In this document: positions 1 through 10,327 of the stretch, one piece after another
How positions within the stretch are numbered: position 1 is the first letter of the stretch
Layout of the letters: each line of letters starts with the position of its first letter
DNA from: Nitrospirota bacterium
GTDB lineage: Bacteria; Nitrospirota; Thermodesulfovibrionia; Thermodesulfovibrionales; Dissulfurispiraceae
Length of the DNA stretch: 64,000 nucleotides
Direction: 5' to 3'
Assembly (NCBI GenBank): GCA_040758355.1
Contig: JBFLWF010000011.1
Coordinates: 1-64,000 of the forward strand
Notes under the pieces: generated by a model
Databases searched by the model: none
The model's input: the letters and a program-made list of their open reading frames with translations, nothing else
Told to the model about the DNA's origin: nothing
Position numbers and translations under genes: made by a program

Positions 1-124
1 CGGACTTGAAGCCGCGTTGTTTGAGGTTATTATGTGCTGTAGTTGCGGTTTGCATTGCCTTGTTGTCTGATTTGCCCAGTTTGTTAACTCCTTGTCAAAA
101 ACTATTCGCTGTTATTGAACAGCC
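1..124 (-). mobile_element. Probable end of an insertion sequence inserted into the kinase gene (element runs off the window)
   Basis: Kinase similarity stops abruptly after MVYGIIKQ. The minus strand then reads GGCTGTTCAATAAC..., resembling IS5/IS1182-like termini, followed by an ORF start MQTATTAHNNLKQRGFKS running off the edge. Confidence 0.5.
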
Positions 125-1525
125 TTGTTTTATTATTCCATAGACCATCGAAAGTCCGAGTCCTGTGCCCTTGCCCTTCTCCTTTGTTGTAAAAAACGGT
201 TCAAAGATATGAGGGAGGTCCTTTTTCTCTATCCCTGTCCCGGTATCGCTCACAGATAGCATCATGTACTTGCCCGGCCTTGCGCCATATCTTTCCGTAT
301 ATTCTTGGCCAAGCATTACCTGAGTCGTTTCTATGGACAATGTCCCTCCTGATGGCATAGCGTCCTTTGCATTGATGGCAAGGTTCATTACAACCTGTTC
401 TAACTGATGGGGGTCTATAAATACGGGAAATTCTGCCTCTGAACATTTAAGCTTGAGTTCGATTTCCTCTCCGACAAGCCGTTTCAAGAGTCCGGAAATA
501 TTCTTTATCGCTTCATTAAGGCTGACCACTCTCGGTTCTATAATCTGTTTGCGGCTGAAGGCAAGAAGGCTCGATGTAAAACTTTGGGCCTTCACAGATG
601 CATCGAGTATCTGCTGAAGATAATCCTTCGTTTCATTATCGCTGTCATGAAGTTTTTCTCTTAACAAAGAAGAATAACCCATAATACCCGTCAAAAGGTT
701 GTTAAAGTCATGGGCAATGCCTCCGGCCATAAGGCCGAGGGATTCCATCTTCTGAGACTGCACGAGCTGATTAACGGTAGACTCCAATTTTTCCTGCTGT
801 CTCCAGATATTTTTTGAAAGCACTGCAATGCTCACCATGCCCACAAGCCAAAGAAACATATGGGTAATGGTTATATTTTTCCGTGCCGTTGCTTCGCCTT
901 CATAGTACGGCTTCATCGGGACAGCTATGCTTATCCCGCCGCGAACATCTCCTATCCTATACCCCGGATGGCATTTCAGACATCCTTCCTCTGTTATTAA
1001 AGGTATCATCAATCTCAAATAAGGATTGCCATTCACACTTGTAAGCTGGCTCATCTCCTTCTGGCTCGCCTCAAAGGCACGAAGCGCCTTTTCCTCCCAT
1101 TTGTCGGGTTTGTTTACAGGATTTAAGTGCTTCAGGCTGACCAATCTGTTCAGCGCCGGGAGTTGTGATTGTTCTCCGAGAACTTCATATATCTGTCTTG
1201 TCATCCATGCAGGATTGATAAGTGTAAGTTTTATTCCGTCGGTTGTTGTCTTGTCTCTATTCGGGACATCTAAATAAGGGTTTGGTTTAAAGCTTTCGGT
1301 AACAGGAACGTATGCACCGCCATGCATGGTATTCCACTTTCTGAACGCAAGGGTAAGGTCAATAACAGCCCTTGCCTCAACATGCGCTTTCTCTATAGTC
1401 TCTATGTGGATATGATAGAAGTTCCATGTGACAGAGATAATAACAAGACCTGTCCACACCAATAGTATGCATGCGAAATGTCTTTTAGTATATCCGTGAG
1501 ATATATTTTTAAGACTTGTTGACAT
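95..1525 (-). pseudogene. Sensor histidine kinase with periplasmic Tll0287/DUF3365-like heme c domain, C-terminally truncated
   Basis: Two TM helices, NPAWMTRQ motif, CLKCH, H-box GGIAHDFNN, N/G1/F/G2 boxes. It lacks the final HATPase strands. Confidence 0.75.
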
Positions 1526-1622
1526 TTTGAGTTTAGGTTACATGATATTTGGGTAAAATTTGAGTAAATTTAAGTAAATTTTAAGTAAAAAATCAGGACA
1601 ATGTTTTATGTATACTAATATG

Positions 1623-1868
1623 ATGAGTATTTTCGAAATCGGCATGCTCCTCTGTTTCGGCGCTGCATGGCCATTTTCCATTTATAAGTCCCTGCGGTAT
1701 AAAGAGGTAAGAGGCAAAAGCCTGCCATTTCTCATAATCGTGCTCATCGGTTATATAGCGGGCATACTGCACAAAATTCTATATAACTATGATGCGGTAG
1801 TATACCTCTATATGCTCAATGGATTAATGGTGACGGTGGATATAGTCCTGTATATGAGATATAGGTAA
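1623..1868 (+). CDS. Small PQ-loop/SemiSWEET-like membrane protein
   Basis: ~81 aa, 3 TM, CFGAAWPFSIYKS...GKS pattern. TATACT lies 6 nt before the ATG. Confidence 0.65.
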   Translation: MSIFEIGMLLCFGAAWPFSIYKSLRYKEVRGKSLPFLIIVLIGYIAGILHKILYNYDAVVYLYMLNGLMVTVDIVLYMRYR

Positions 1869-1950
1869 TGGGTAATAGGTGATAGGTTCCTTTATCCCAT
1901 GACGACCCATTACCCATAACCTATAGCCTATGACCTATAGCCTACAGCCT
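1861..1950. repeat. Degenerate heptamer tandem repeats arranged as an inverted pair between convergent genes
   Basis: ATAGGTA ATGGGTA ATAGGTG ATAGGTT ... GACCCAT TACCCAT AACCTAT AGCCTAT GACCTAT AGCCTAC. Confidence 0.8.
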
Positions 1951-1953
1951 AAA

Positions 1954-2964
1954 TTACGGCATTCCTATGCCGTCGATCTGCGCCCCGCATTTTGAACACT
2001 TCGAGTCTTTCATTTTAATGGTGGTCAGGGAAAATCCAAACCTCTCTATAAGCAATTCCCCGCATGAATGGCAATATGTATTCTCACCGCCCTCACCCGG
2101 AACATTGCCTTCATAAACATATTTCAGGCCTGCCTTCAATCCTATATCCCTCGCCATCCTCAGTGTCTTTATTGGCGTCCTCGGCTGGTCAGTCAATTTA
2201 TAGGTGGGATAAAACTGTGTTACATGCCACGGCATTGCAGTATCAACAGATTTTACAAATTCGGCTGTCCATTTTAAAAATTCTTCCGAGTCATTATAGG
2301 TCGGTATAATAAGTGTCGTTACCTCCACCCAGACGCCAAGCTCCTTCATAAGCTTAATAGTGTCAAGAACAGGCTGTAGTTTCGCACCTGCAACCTTTTT
2401 GTAAAAATTCTCATCCCCTTTTAAATCGATGTTGTTGGCATCGAGATAAGGCGCGATAAGCCTGGTTGCCTCAGGGCTTGTGTAACCGTTGCTTACGAAC
2501 ACATTTTTTATTCCCTTTTCATGTGCGAGCCTTGCGCAATCGTATGCAAACTCAAAGAATATCGTGGGTTCTGTGTAGGTGTAGGATATGCTCTTGCATC
2601 CTGTGAGTTCTGCATCTCTCACAACCTGTTCCGGCGTCATTTCCTCACCGGGGATGTCAGGGTATTCCTTTGGATATTGCGATATTTCATAGTTCTGGCA
2701 ATGCAAGCATCTGAAGTTGCAGCCAACTGTGGCAATGGAATAAGACCTCGATCCCGGATAGAAATGGAATAACGGCTTTTTCTCTATGGGATCTATATGC
2801 CTTGCTATGACCTTCCCATAGACAAGGGTATAAAGCGTGCCGTCCCTGTTTTCCCTCACTGCACATATCCCACGCTTGCCTGGCGAAATGGTGCAGGAGT
2901 GATTGCAAAGATGGCACTTTACCTTGCCATCAGCAACTTTCTCATAAAGCATTGCCTCTTTCAT
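1954..2964 (-). CDS. amrS: AmmeMemoRadiSam system radical SAM enzyme
   Basis: CxxCxxxC...C N-terminus, DPIEKKPLFHFYPG, GCNFRCLHCQNYEISQ, YTYTEPTIF, YVYEGN. Confidence 0.9.
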   Translation of the reverse strand: MKEAMLYEKVADGKVKCHLCNHSCTISPGKRGICAVRENRDGTLYTLVYGKVIARHIDPIEKKPLFHFYPGSRSYSIATVGCNFRCLHCQNYEISQYPKEYPDIPGEEMTPEQVVRDAELTGCKSISYTYTEPTIFFEFAYDCARLAHEKGIKNVFVSNGYTSPEATRLIAPYLDANNIDLKGDENFYKKVAGAKLQPVLDTIKLMKELGVWVEVTTLIIPTYNDSEEFLKWTAEFVKSVDTAMPWHVTQFYPTYKLTDQPRTPIKTLRMARDIGLKAGLKYVYEGNVPGEGGENTYCHSCGELLIERFGFSLTTIKMKDSKCSKCGAQIDGIGMP

Positions 2965-3179
2965 TATTTTGTCTTTTTTGCTCTCCCAGCAGTTTTTTTG
3001 GCCTCGGTTTTTTTAGTTTCAGTCTTCTTAGCGCCTGACGATGTCTTCTTCTGGCCTTTGTGCCTCGCCATTACAATCTTTTCTGCCTCAAGCCAGTGCT
3101 CGAGATCATGTCCGGGCATCCTCCCGCTCTTCTCATAAAGCTCGTGTGCTACCTTTGCAATCTCATCATGTACGTTCAT
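2964..3179 (-). CDS. DUF2934 domain protein with Lys-rich tail
   Basis: IAKVAHELYEKSGRMPGHDLEHWLEAE signature; GGAGG RBS. Confidence 0.85.
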   Translation of the reverse strand: MNVHDEIAKVAHELYEKSGRMPGHDLEHWLEAEKIVMARHKGQKKTSSGAKKTETKKTEAKKTAGRAKKTK

Positions 3180-3278
3180 TTCTGTCCCCTCCTGTAATAG
3201 TATTTTTTACAAATCATATCTCTATTTGCGGATTAATGCAAGACGTGTATTACTGTTGCTTAACTTCTATACGAAAAT

Positions 3279-4322
3279 CTACTTCTTTGGCAGGGTAAAG
3301 CTGAAAGTGCTGCCCTTTTCCGGTACGCTTTCGGCCCAGATCCTACCGCCATGAGCCTCTACTATCGTTTTTGCAATTGACAGGCCGAGACCCGAGCCTT
3401 TCATATCCCTTTTCCCGCGATAAAAGGCATCGAATATATAGGGGAGGTGGTCTTCGGTAATGCCAATACCCGTGTCCGTTACCTGCACAAGAATATCTTC
3501 GCCTCTCTCATCAAGTCTGACTGCCACAGACCCTCCTGGATTTGTGTATTTTATTGCATTGTCCAGCAGATTGGTAATAACCCTGCCGATTAACATTGCA
3601 TCTGCATTGGTCACCACTCCTGCCTCGTGGGTCTCAAAAATAATTGTAATATTTTTTTTATCGGCTTCTACTTTTGCTATTTCAATATGTTTGCGTATGG
3701 AGGCTTCCATGTTGAATGGTCCCAATACAGGCTTGCACTCTGTTGCTTCAAACCTCGAAAATTCAAGGAAGTCGGTAATCAATCCCTGCAGTCCATCCAG
3801 CTCCTCCTTTACCAGTTCAAGATAGTTTTTTTGAGTTTCAGACAGAGGGCCCGCCTTTCCGAAAAGCAGCCTTGATATAAAACCTTCTGCGGTAATAACC
3901 GGATTTTTCATATCGTGGGCAAACATCGAGAGGATATTCTTTCGTTCCCTCTCCAATCGTTTTAATTCGGTAATATCTCTGAAGAGCTCAATGCCTCCGA
4001 TAAAATTGCCATTGCTGTCAAAAAGCGGAGATGTCGTGACAGATACTGCAATAAAGTCACCGTTCTTCTTCATTATAGTGGCCTCTGTTGCAATCAATTG
4101 CTCATGCTTCTGGAGTGCGTGTTTGAATAAAGGGCATGCATCTTTATCATCAGTGCCGTGGAGCATTTTAAGATGGGACTTGCCGATCACCCCTTTTTTT
4201 GTATAGCCCGTTATTTTTTCTGCGGTATTGTTGAAGTCGATAATAATTCCGTCCTTGTCCACTATGGAGAAGCCGACCGGGAGGTTGTCTATAATGATAT
4301 CGTAAATCTGCTGTTTTTCCAT
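3279..4322 (-). CDS. Cytoplasmic PAS-domain sensor histidine kinase
   Basis: PAS-PAC, H-box FAHDMKNP, HATPase boxes. Start placed at MEKQQ (TATAAT 7 nt upstream). Confidence 0.85.
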   Translation of the reverse strand: MEKQQIYDIIIDNLPVGFSIVDKDGIIIDFNNTAEKITGYTKKGVIGKSHLKMLHGTDDKDACPLFKHALQKHEQLIATEATIMKKNGDFIAVSVTTSPLFDSNGNFIGGIELFRDITELKRLERERKNILSMFAHDMKNPVITAEGFISRLLFGKAGPLSETQKNYLELVKEELDGLQGLITDFLEFSRFEATECKPVLGPFNMEASIRKHIEIAKVEADKKNITIIFETHEAGVVTNADAMLIGRVITNLLDNAIKYTNPGGSVAVRLDERGEDILVQVTDTGIGITEDHLPYIFDAFYRGKRDMKGSGLGLSIAKTIVEAHGGRIWAESVPEKGSTFSFTLPKK

Positions 4323-4408
4323 AAATGTAATTATACCGAAAAACAGACTGAAGAACAAAATGGCAATAAAAGACTTGACAATGTATTTGTATTCACTACA
4401 ATTACTAC

Positions 4409-4424
4409 TATGATATAAATCATA
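4409..4424 (+). promoter_or_regulatory. Crp/Fnr-family-like palindrome upstream of norCB
   Basis: TATGA-TATAAA-TCATA; the same half-sites recur at 14128. Confidence 0.55.
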
Positions 4425-4490
4425 CCAGACTGGTGCTCCGATACGATAACGTAAAACACTCATTTTAAGAGGGGGTAGGATTCCCGAAAG

Positions 4491-4507
4491 GCACTATATT
4501 ATAGTGC
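4491..4507. promoter_or_regulatory. Perfect 8-1-8 palindrome just upstream of the norC RBS (candidate operator)
   Basis: GCACTATA-T-TATAGTGC. Confidence 0.45.
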
Positions 4508-4531
4508 TCTTATAATCCTAAGGAGGTGTTT

Positions 4532-5206
4532 ATGAGTAACAAGGCAGCACGGAATCTCTTCATCTTCGGAAGTCTCTTCTTCTTTGTCATCTTTGTCATG
4601 CTAACCATTGACACGATGGGGAAGCTTGACAAGAGGGCTCCGGCGATTACGGAAGAGGTGAATGCAGGGAAGATGGTGTGGCACAAATACGATTGTATAG
4701 GTTGTCACACAATCCTGGGCAACGGGTCGTATTTCGCACCCGACATGACAAAGGTAACAGAGAAAAAACCAAAGGACTATCTCAAGCAGTTCCTGATGGA
4801 CCCAAAATCAGTAAACCCAAAGGCATCGATGCCCAAACTGGGGATTAGTTCGAAAGAGGCAGACGATCTGATAGCTTTCCTCGACTGGATATCCAAGGTG
4901 GATACCAATGGATGGCCGCCAAAACCGATACTCGCTACAGCAGCAGGGGTTGCAGTAAAGGAACTGACAGCAGGTCAGAGAGTTTATCAGTCACAGAATT
5001 GTGCAAACTGCCATATGGTAAGCGGCATCGGCGGAACAACAGGGCCTGACCTCACTCATGTGGGAAGCAAAAGGGACAGGGCATGGCTCTTTGGACACTT
5101 CAAAGATCCAAAGGCATATGTCCCCAACTCTGCAATGCCAGGCTACGGGCATCTTGGCGAAAAGGAATTAAACGACCTAACAGATTATATGGTTGCGCTT
5201 AAATAG
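4532..5206 (+). CDS. norC: Nitric oxide reductase cytochrome c subunit with an extra C-terminal cytochrome c domain
   Basis: N-terminal TM; GKMVWHKYDCIGCHTILGNGSYFAPDMT; second heme motif CANCH; AGGAGG RBS. Confidence 0.88.
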   Translation: MSNKAARNLFIFGSLFFFVIFVMLTIDTMGKLDKRAPAITEEVNAGKMVWHKYDCIGCHTILGNGSYFAPDMTKVTEKKPKDYLKQFLMDPKSVNPKASMPKLGISSKEADDLIAFLDWISKVDTNGWPPKPILATAAGVAVKELTAGQRVYQSQNCANCHMVSGIGGTTGPDLTHVGSKRDRAWLFGHFKDPKAYVPNSAMPGYGHLGEKELNDLTDYMVALK

Positions 5207-5218
5207 GAGGTGGCATAA

Positions 5219-6613
5219 ATGACTATAAAATACGAAAGTCAAAAAATAGCACAGAACTTCTATACATTTGCTGTGCTTTTGTTTCTTGTTCAGGTGGTTG
5301 TGGGCATAATCGCGGCACTGCAGTTCATGTGGCCGGATTTCTTTGTATTGAATTTCAATATAATAAGGTCGCTTCACATTAATGCAATGGTTGTCTGGCT
5401 GCTCGTAGGCATGATGGGAGCGACATATTATGTAGTCAGCGAGGAGTCAGATACAGAACTCTGGAGCATCCCGATGGCGAACTTTCAATTCTGGGCTACT
5501 GTTGTAACAGTTACCCTTGTGGTTCTTGGCTACATATGGATGGGTATTAATCCACAGGCAAACAGCACTAATTTATTCGGCACCGGCGTGTTAAACGAAG
5601 GAAGAGAGTACATCGAGGCGCCAAGATGGGCTGACATACTTATCGTGGTTTCGGTCCTGTTATTCCTCTTAAACAACTTCATGACAGTGCTTAAGACAAA
5701 AAAGTGGACAGGGATCCAGGGCACGCTCCTTGGAGGCTTAACAGTTCTTGCACTCATGTACTTACCAGGGATGTTTTACACAAAAAGCATGGTAAAAGAT
5801 CAGTTCTGGTGGTGGTGGGTAGTCCATCTCTGGGTTGAGGGTGCGTGGGAGATTATTGCAGGCGCTCTCCTGGCCTTCATGCTTATGAAAGTAGTTGGTG
5901 CAAAAAGAGAAGTTGTCGAAAAATGGATGTATGTAGAAGTAGGACTGGTCATGTTTACAGGAATACTCGGCACAGGACATCACTACTACTGGATTGGAAC
6001 CCCCAGTTATTGGTTGTGGGTAGGCGGAATATTCAGCTCCCTCGAACCAATTCCCCTGCTCATCATGGTCTGGGACGCATTCAGGACAACAAGGGAAACA
6101 AGGGTTGTGACCAATAGGGCAGGGCTTTATTACACTGTGGCACATGCCATATTCAACTTTGTTGGCGCCGGTTTGTGGGGTGTGATACATACACTTCCGC
6201 AGGTAAACAAATGGACGCATGGCACACAGATAACAACAGCCCACGGGCATCTTGCATTCTACGGCGCATATGTCCTGCTCGTGCTTGCAATGATATACAT
6301 AACATTGCCTGCAATCAGGGGAGTCAAGGCATTCAATACATCGAGGGCATTTCAGTCATTCTGGTGGATGACCATCTCGATGATATTCATCGTCCTGACA
6401 ATAACAGGCGCTGGAATGGTCCAGACATACATGGAAAGGCTCATGGGTCTTGATTATGTTGCCGTTAAGACGAATTACAACCTATGGTTCTGGATACTGA
6501 GGGCCATATTCGGTGTCGGCTTCCTCTATGGGGTCTGGATATTCGTAGTCGATTACTTCAAACTGGGTAAGGAACCTGCACCTGCTGTAGCGCCTGCTCC
6601 TGAGAAGGCATAG
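5219..6613 (+). CDS. norB: Cytochrome c-dependent nitric oxide reductase large subunit
   Basis: RSLHIN, GREYIE, WWWWVVHLWVEG, GTGHHYYWIG, HGHLAFYG; about 12 TM. Confidence 0.95.
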   Translation: MTIKYESQKIAQNFYTFAVLLFLVQVVVGIIAALQFMWPDFFVLNFNIIRSLHINAMVVWLLVGMMGATYYVVSEESDTELWSIPMANFQFWATVVTVTLVVLGYIWMGINPQANSTNLFGTGVLNEGREYIEAPRWADILIVVSVLLFLLNNFMTVLKTKKWTGIQGTLLGGLTVLALMYLPGMFYTKSMVKDQFWWWWVVHLWVEGAWEIIAGALLAFMLMKVVGAKREVVEKWMYVEVGLVMFTGILGTGHHYYWIGTPSYWLWVGGIFSSLEPIPLLIMVWDAFRTTRETRVVTNRAGLYYTVAHAIFNFVGAGLWGVIHTLPQVNKWTHGTQITTAHGHLAFYGAYVLLVLAMIYITLPAIRGVKAFNTSRAFQSFWWMTISMIFIVLTITGAGMVQTYMERLMGLDYVAVKTNYNLWFWILRAIFGVGFLYGVWIFVVDYFKLGKEPAPAVAPAPEKA

Positions 6614-6631
6614 CAGACAACAACTATAAAC

Positions 6632-6660
6632 CTGTGGCGGATGGAAACCATCCGCCACAG
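6632..6660 (+). terminator. Strong hairpin after norB (terminator or stabiliser)
   Basis: CTGTGGCGGATGG-AAA-CCATCCGCCACAG, 13-bp perfect stem, weak U-tract. Confidence 0.6.
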
Positions 6661-6682
6661 TAATTTGCATGTAAGACAGAAC

Positions 6683-8755
6683 ATGTTTAAATTCAGATCG
6701 CTTGCCACCAAATACATCTCCATAAGCCTAATAATACTCGCATTTATAGCTATCTTCGTATGTGCAAGTTTTAACTTCACGCACCACATGAAAGGCGAGG
6801 CCACGAAAATAAATCTTGCAGGCCAGATGAGATTTCGCTCCTTTGAAATGGCATGGCTGGCCCAGAGAATTGCCGAAAGGACGGTGAAGACCGGAACATT
6901 GCCTATCTCATTTCTAACAATGGAACTCAAACAAGAAATGGATATGTTCGACAGAGCAATCTCGGATTTTAAAAACGGCAACAAACAACTCGGTCTGAAA
7001 CCCATCAAGCATTATAAAAAAGCAGAGCCAGTTTTTGACGCCATCGTTACTGAATGGAGTAATAACCTTAAGCCCATACTTTTAAACCTGACCGAGCTTA
7101 CAGAAGAAGTCCCGGAGAAAGAAGTGAGGGCGTTGCTTGATAGATACGACTCAAGGATTCAGGGATATGTTGAAGAAATAAACAAGCTTGTAAAAGTCCT
7201 TGAAGAACACTACGAAACAGAAATAAATCAGTTCGATAGCTTCAGGATTTATACCCTCGGTTTTTTTGTACTGGTTTCATTCTTTATTATTGTTTTCATG
7301 AGGCAAGGAATTATCATTCCTGTAAAGCGGCTTGAAAATGCAGCAAAAGAAATGGAGGAAGGAATCTTTGATGTCAGGGTCGATATAAAAAGCAGAGACG
7401 AAATAGGGGCACTTGGCAATACATTTAACAGCATGGCTAATGCCATAGAGAGGCTCGTATGTGAAAAGATAGAACACCTGAATGAGCTAAGCGCCTTAAA
7501 CAGGCTGTCTTCTGTAGTAAGCAGTTCGCTGTCTGTGGAGGGGATACTGAACAAGGCGCTGGATGAAATACTGAACCTCGAACATCTGAGAATAGAGAAA
7601 AAGGGTGCAATTTTCCTATCGGACGAAAAGTCAGGAGTACTTAAGCTTGAAGCACACAGGGGTTTTTCAGAAGAATTTGCAAGGCTTGAAGCAACGATCC
7701 CCTTTGGAGAATGCCTCTGCGGCATTGCCGCAAAGACAGGAGAGATTATCGTTTCGGATGACTGTTACAAAGACGAAAGGCATACGAGGAAATACCCTGA
7801 GATGGTAAAACATGGTCATATAAACCTTCCACTTAAATCAAGAGACAAAACACTCGGCATATTATGCCTTTACCTGCCTCCTCAAACCATGCTCTCAAAA
7901 GAAGACATCGACCTTTTCAAATCAATTGCCGACATTATAGCCGTCTCCCTCCAGAATGCATTAAATCACAGGCAGGTTGCAATGCTTGCCCAATCACTCG
8001 AAGGAAAAGTAAATAAGCGGACAAAAGAACTCGAAGAAGCAAGACAGATGGCAGAGGCTGCAAATAAAGCCAAATCCGAATTTCTTGCAAACATGTCACA
8101 TGAACTGAGAACTCCCCTTAATTCTATTATCGGATTCTCTGAGATTATGCGGGATGGGTTGACAGGCCCGATCAGCGATACACACAAGGAATATCTCAAA
8201 GATGTATGGGAGAGTGGAAAACATCTTCTCAGTCTCATAAACGATGTGCTCGACCTGTCAAAGATAGAGGCTGGCGCCATGGAGCTTGAACCGGAAGAGT
8301 TTTTTATAAACGAGATACTCGAAGGAAGTCTTGTTATGTTCAAAGAAAAGGCCATGAAACATAGAATAAAATTGAAAGCAGACATCCCATCAGATATCGG
8401 CTCTATTACTGCTGACACAAGGAAAATAAAGCAGGTAGTCTTTAATCTTTTAAGCAATGCTGTAAAATTTACCCCCGACGGAGGGGAAGTCGGCATAACA
8501 GCCCGCAGAAAAGACAGCGAGGTCGAAATTACCGTATGGGATACAGGGATAGGCATAGCAAAAGGGGATATGGAAAGGCTATTCCAGCCATTTCAGCAGC
8601 TTGAGGCGAGTCTTACAAAAAAATACGAAGGTACAGGGCTCGGTCTCCATCTGAGCAAAAAGATTGTCGAACTCCACGGCGGAAGGATATGGGTGGAAAG
8701 CGAAGTCGGCAAGGGTTCGAGGTTCAGCTTTACAATACCCATAGGGAGCAAATAA
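6683..8755 (+). CDS. NarX-like (nitrate/nitrite P-box) HAMP-GAF sensor histidine kinase
   Basis: [12 protein letters not shown] resembles the NarX P-box; TM-HAMP; GAF (GECLCG); [14 protein letters not shown]; HATPase. Confidence 0.85.
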   Translation: MFKFRSLATKYISISLIILAFIAIFVCASFNFTHHMKGEATKINLAGQMRFRSFEMAWLAQRIAERTVKTGTLPISFLTMELKQEMDMFDRAISDFKNGNKQLGLKPIKHYKKAEPVFDAIVTEWSNNLKPILLNLTELTEEVPEKEVRALLDRYDSRIQGYVEEINKLVKVLEEHYETEINQFDSFRIYTLGFFVLVSFFIIVFMRQGIIIPVKRLENAAKEMEEGIFDVRVDIKSRDEIGALGNTFNSMANAIERLVCEKIEHLNELSALNRLSSVVSSSLSVEGILNKALDEILNLEHLRIEKKGAIFLSDEKSGVLKLEAHRGFSEEFARLEATIPFGECLCGIAAKTGEIIVSDDCYKDERHTRKYPEMVKHGHINLPLKSRDKTLGILCLYLPPQTMLSKEDIDLFKSIADIIAVSLQNALNHRQVAMLAQSLEGKVNKRTKELEEARQMAEAANKAKSEFLANMSHELRTPLNSIIGFSEIMRDGLTGPISDTHKEYLKDVWESGKHLLSLINDVLDLSKIEAGAMELEPEEFFINEILEGSLVMFKEKAMKHRIKLKADIPSDIGSITADTRKIKQVVFNLLSNAVKFTPDGGEVGITARRKDSEVEITVWDTGIGIAKGDMERLFQPFQQLEASLTKKYEGTGLGLHLSKKIVELHGGRIWVESEVGKGSRFSFTIPIGSK

Positions 8756-9129
8756 TGTCTAAAACCGTGCTCATTGTTGAGGACAATGAAAAAAATCTTA
8801 AACTTTTTAAGGTTATAATAGATTCTATGGGTCATAAAACCATCACTGCAAAGGACGGCGAAGAAGGGGTGAAAACTGCAATAGAAAAAATTCCTGATCT
8901 CATACTCATGGATATTCAGATGCCTGTGATGGACGGCATCACTGCACTGAGGATTCTCAAATCAGATGCACGGACCGAAAACATTCCTGTAATAGCCCTT
9001 ACCTCTTATGCCATGAAAGGAGACAGGGAACGCCTGCTGAAAGAGGGATTTGTGCATTACATATCAAAACCAATAGACAAAAACAGTTTTATAGAGGACG
9101 TAGAAAAAAATATTAAAAAATGCAGTTAA
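8755..9129 (+). CDS. Single-domain response regulator (DivK/CheY-like)
   Basis: VLIVEDN, DLILMDIQMP, ALTSYAMKGD, SKP; TAATG coupling to the kinase. Confidence 0.9.
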   Translation: MSKTVLIVEDNEKNLKLFKVIIDSMGHKTITAKDGEEGVKTAIEKIPDLILMDIQMPVMDGITALRILKSDARTENIPVIALTSYAMKGDRERLLKEGFVHYISKPIDKNSFIEDVEKNIKKCS

Positions 9130-9179
9130 ATAGGCAAAAAACCTTTGAGAAATCCTATAGATACGATATACTATTTTCT

Positions 9180-10097
9180 ATGAAAAGATGGCTTCTCAAT
9201 ATATCCCTCATCATTACAGCATTGTTTCTTCTTCCATCCATTTCTCTTGCTACAACAGAATATGCACGCCAGACAGGAATGTCATGTAAAGAATGCCATA
9301 TCGACCCCATGGGAGGCGGTTCACTTACACATACGGGGAAACAATTCCTCGATGATATGAAAATAAAGGGTCTTTACAGGCCATTGACAGGCACACAGAA
9401 GGTTGTACGATTCTTTATAGGCTATATACATCTAATGACTGCAATAGCATGGTTCGGTACAATACTTTATGTCCATATACTCCTGAAGCCTGCATATGCT
9501 GCAAGGGGACTTCCGAAAGGCGAACTATTTTTAGGCTGGCTGTCTATTATCATCCTTGCAATTACAGGTACGCTTCTTACCATATCAAGAATACCTGCAT
9601 GGAAGGTTTTATACACAACACGGTTTGGCATATTGTTAAGCATAAAAATTATCCTGTTTATGATAATGGCATCGACAGCAGCTATAGTCACATTTGTAAT
9701 AGGGCCGCGACTGAAAAGAAAGATTGCTGCAACCGATATCTCAACAGGAAAGAAAGAATTTACAATTGAGGATTTACATAGCCTTGACGGAAAGGAAGGA
9801 AGGCCTGCGTTTGTCGCATATAAAGGCAAGATTTACGATGTAACAAACAGCAAGCTCTGGAAGGATGGTTCTCATGTAAAAAAGCACCTTGCAGGACATG
9901 ACCTTACAGATGCGCTTAAAACAGCGCCCCACGGGGAAGAAAAGATACTCTCCATGCCAGAGGTCGGGATACTGGTAGAGGCAGGAGTTAAGGAAACAAG
10001 ACCCATGCCTGTAAGGATATTCTACATATTTGCCTATACAAATCTCGCCTTTGTATTCCTGATAACATTCATAATAGCGCTCTGGAGATGGGGATAA
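9180..10097 (+). CDS. Membrane protein: N-terminal CxxCH, CopD-like TM bundle, cytochrome b5-like heme/steroid-binding domain
   Basis: YARQTGMSCKECH; 3-4 TM; DGKEGRPAFVAYKGKIYDVT..W..G.H...H.AG.DLT...APHG. Confidence 0.8.
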   Translation: MKRWLLNISLIITALFLLPSISLATTEYARQTGMSCKECHIDPMGGGSLTHTGKQFLDDMKIKGLYRPLTGTQKVVRFFIGYIHLMTAIAWFGTILYVHILLKPAYAARGLPKGELFLGWLSIIILAITGTLLTISRIPAWKVLYTTRFGILLSIKIILFMIMASTAAIVTFVIGPRLKRKIAATDISTGKKEFTIEDLHSLDGKEGRPAFVAYKGKIYDVTNSKLWKDGSHVKKHLAGHDLTDALKTAPHGEEKILSMPEVGILVEAGVKETRPMPVRIFYIFAYTNLAFVFLITFIIALWRWG

Positions 10098-10115
10098 AAA
10101 GCGGCAATAGTTGCA

Positions 10116-10144
10116 TTGACTCTGACCTCTGAGAGCGATATAAT
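10116..10144 (+). promoter_or_regulatory. Sigma70 promoter of the ttr-like operon
   Basis: TTGACT-N17-TATAAT. Confidence 0.75.
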
Positions 10145-10184
10145 TTTTATAAATTATCGAAGCAGTATAAAAGTGAATGTTAGG

Positions 10185-10325
10185 ACAGTCCGTGCGAAAC
10201 ACCTTTTGAAGTCTTCACGGTTGGGGAATCTCGCAAGAAATTTGCAATCTTCGTTAGGGAAAGGGGAAAGGAAAAGCACCGATAGGAGACTTGCTCCCGT
10301 GCGGGGCAGATGATGAGAGGAGGAG
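10185..10325 (+). ncRNA. Candidate Moco/Tuco-type riboswitch
   Basis: Within a ~177-nt 5' UTR of a Mo-enzyme operon. Order TCC..GCGA..ACC..AAG..CACGGT..TCGC, hairpin, AGGG...CTCCCG...GGAGGAG loosely follows the Moco RNA motif. Confidence 0.4.
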
Positions 10326-10327
10326 TT

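Noticed and set aside
1861..1950. CRISPR array
   Set aside because: 7-bp units without spacers, and no cas genes in the window.
10135..10160. ModE box at the ttr-like promoter
   Set aside because: AT-rich imperfect palindrome with a poor match to the ModE consensus; explained by the -10 element.
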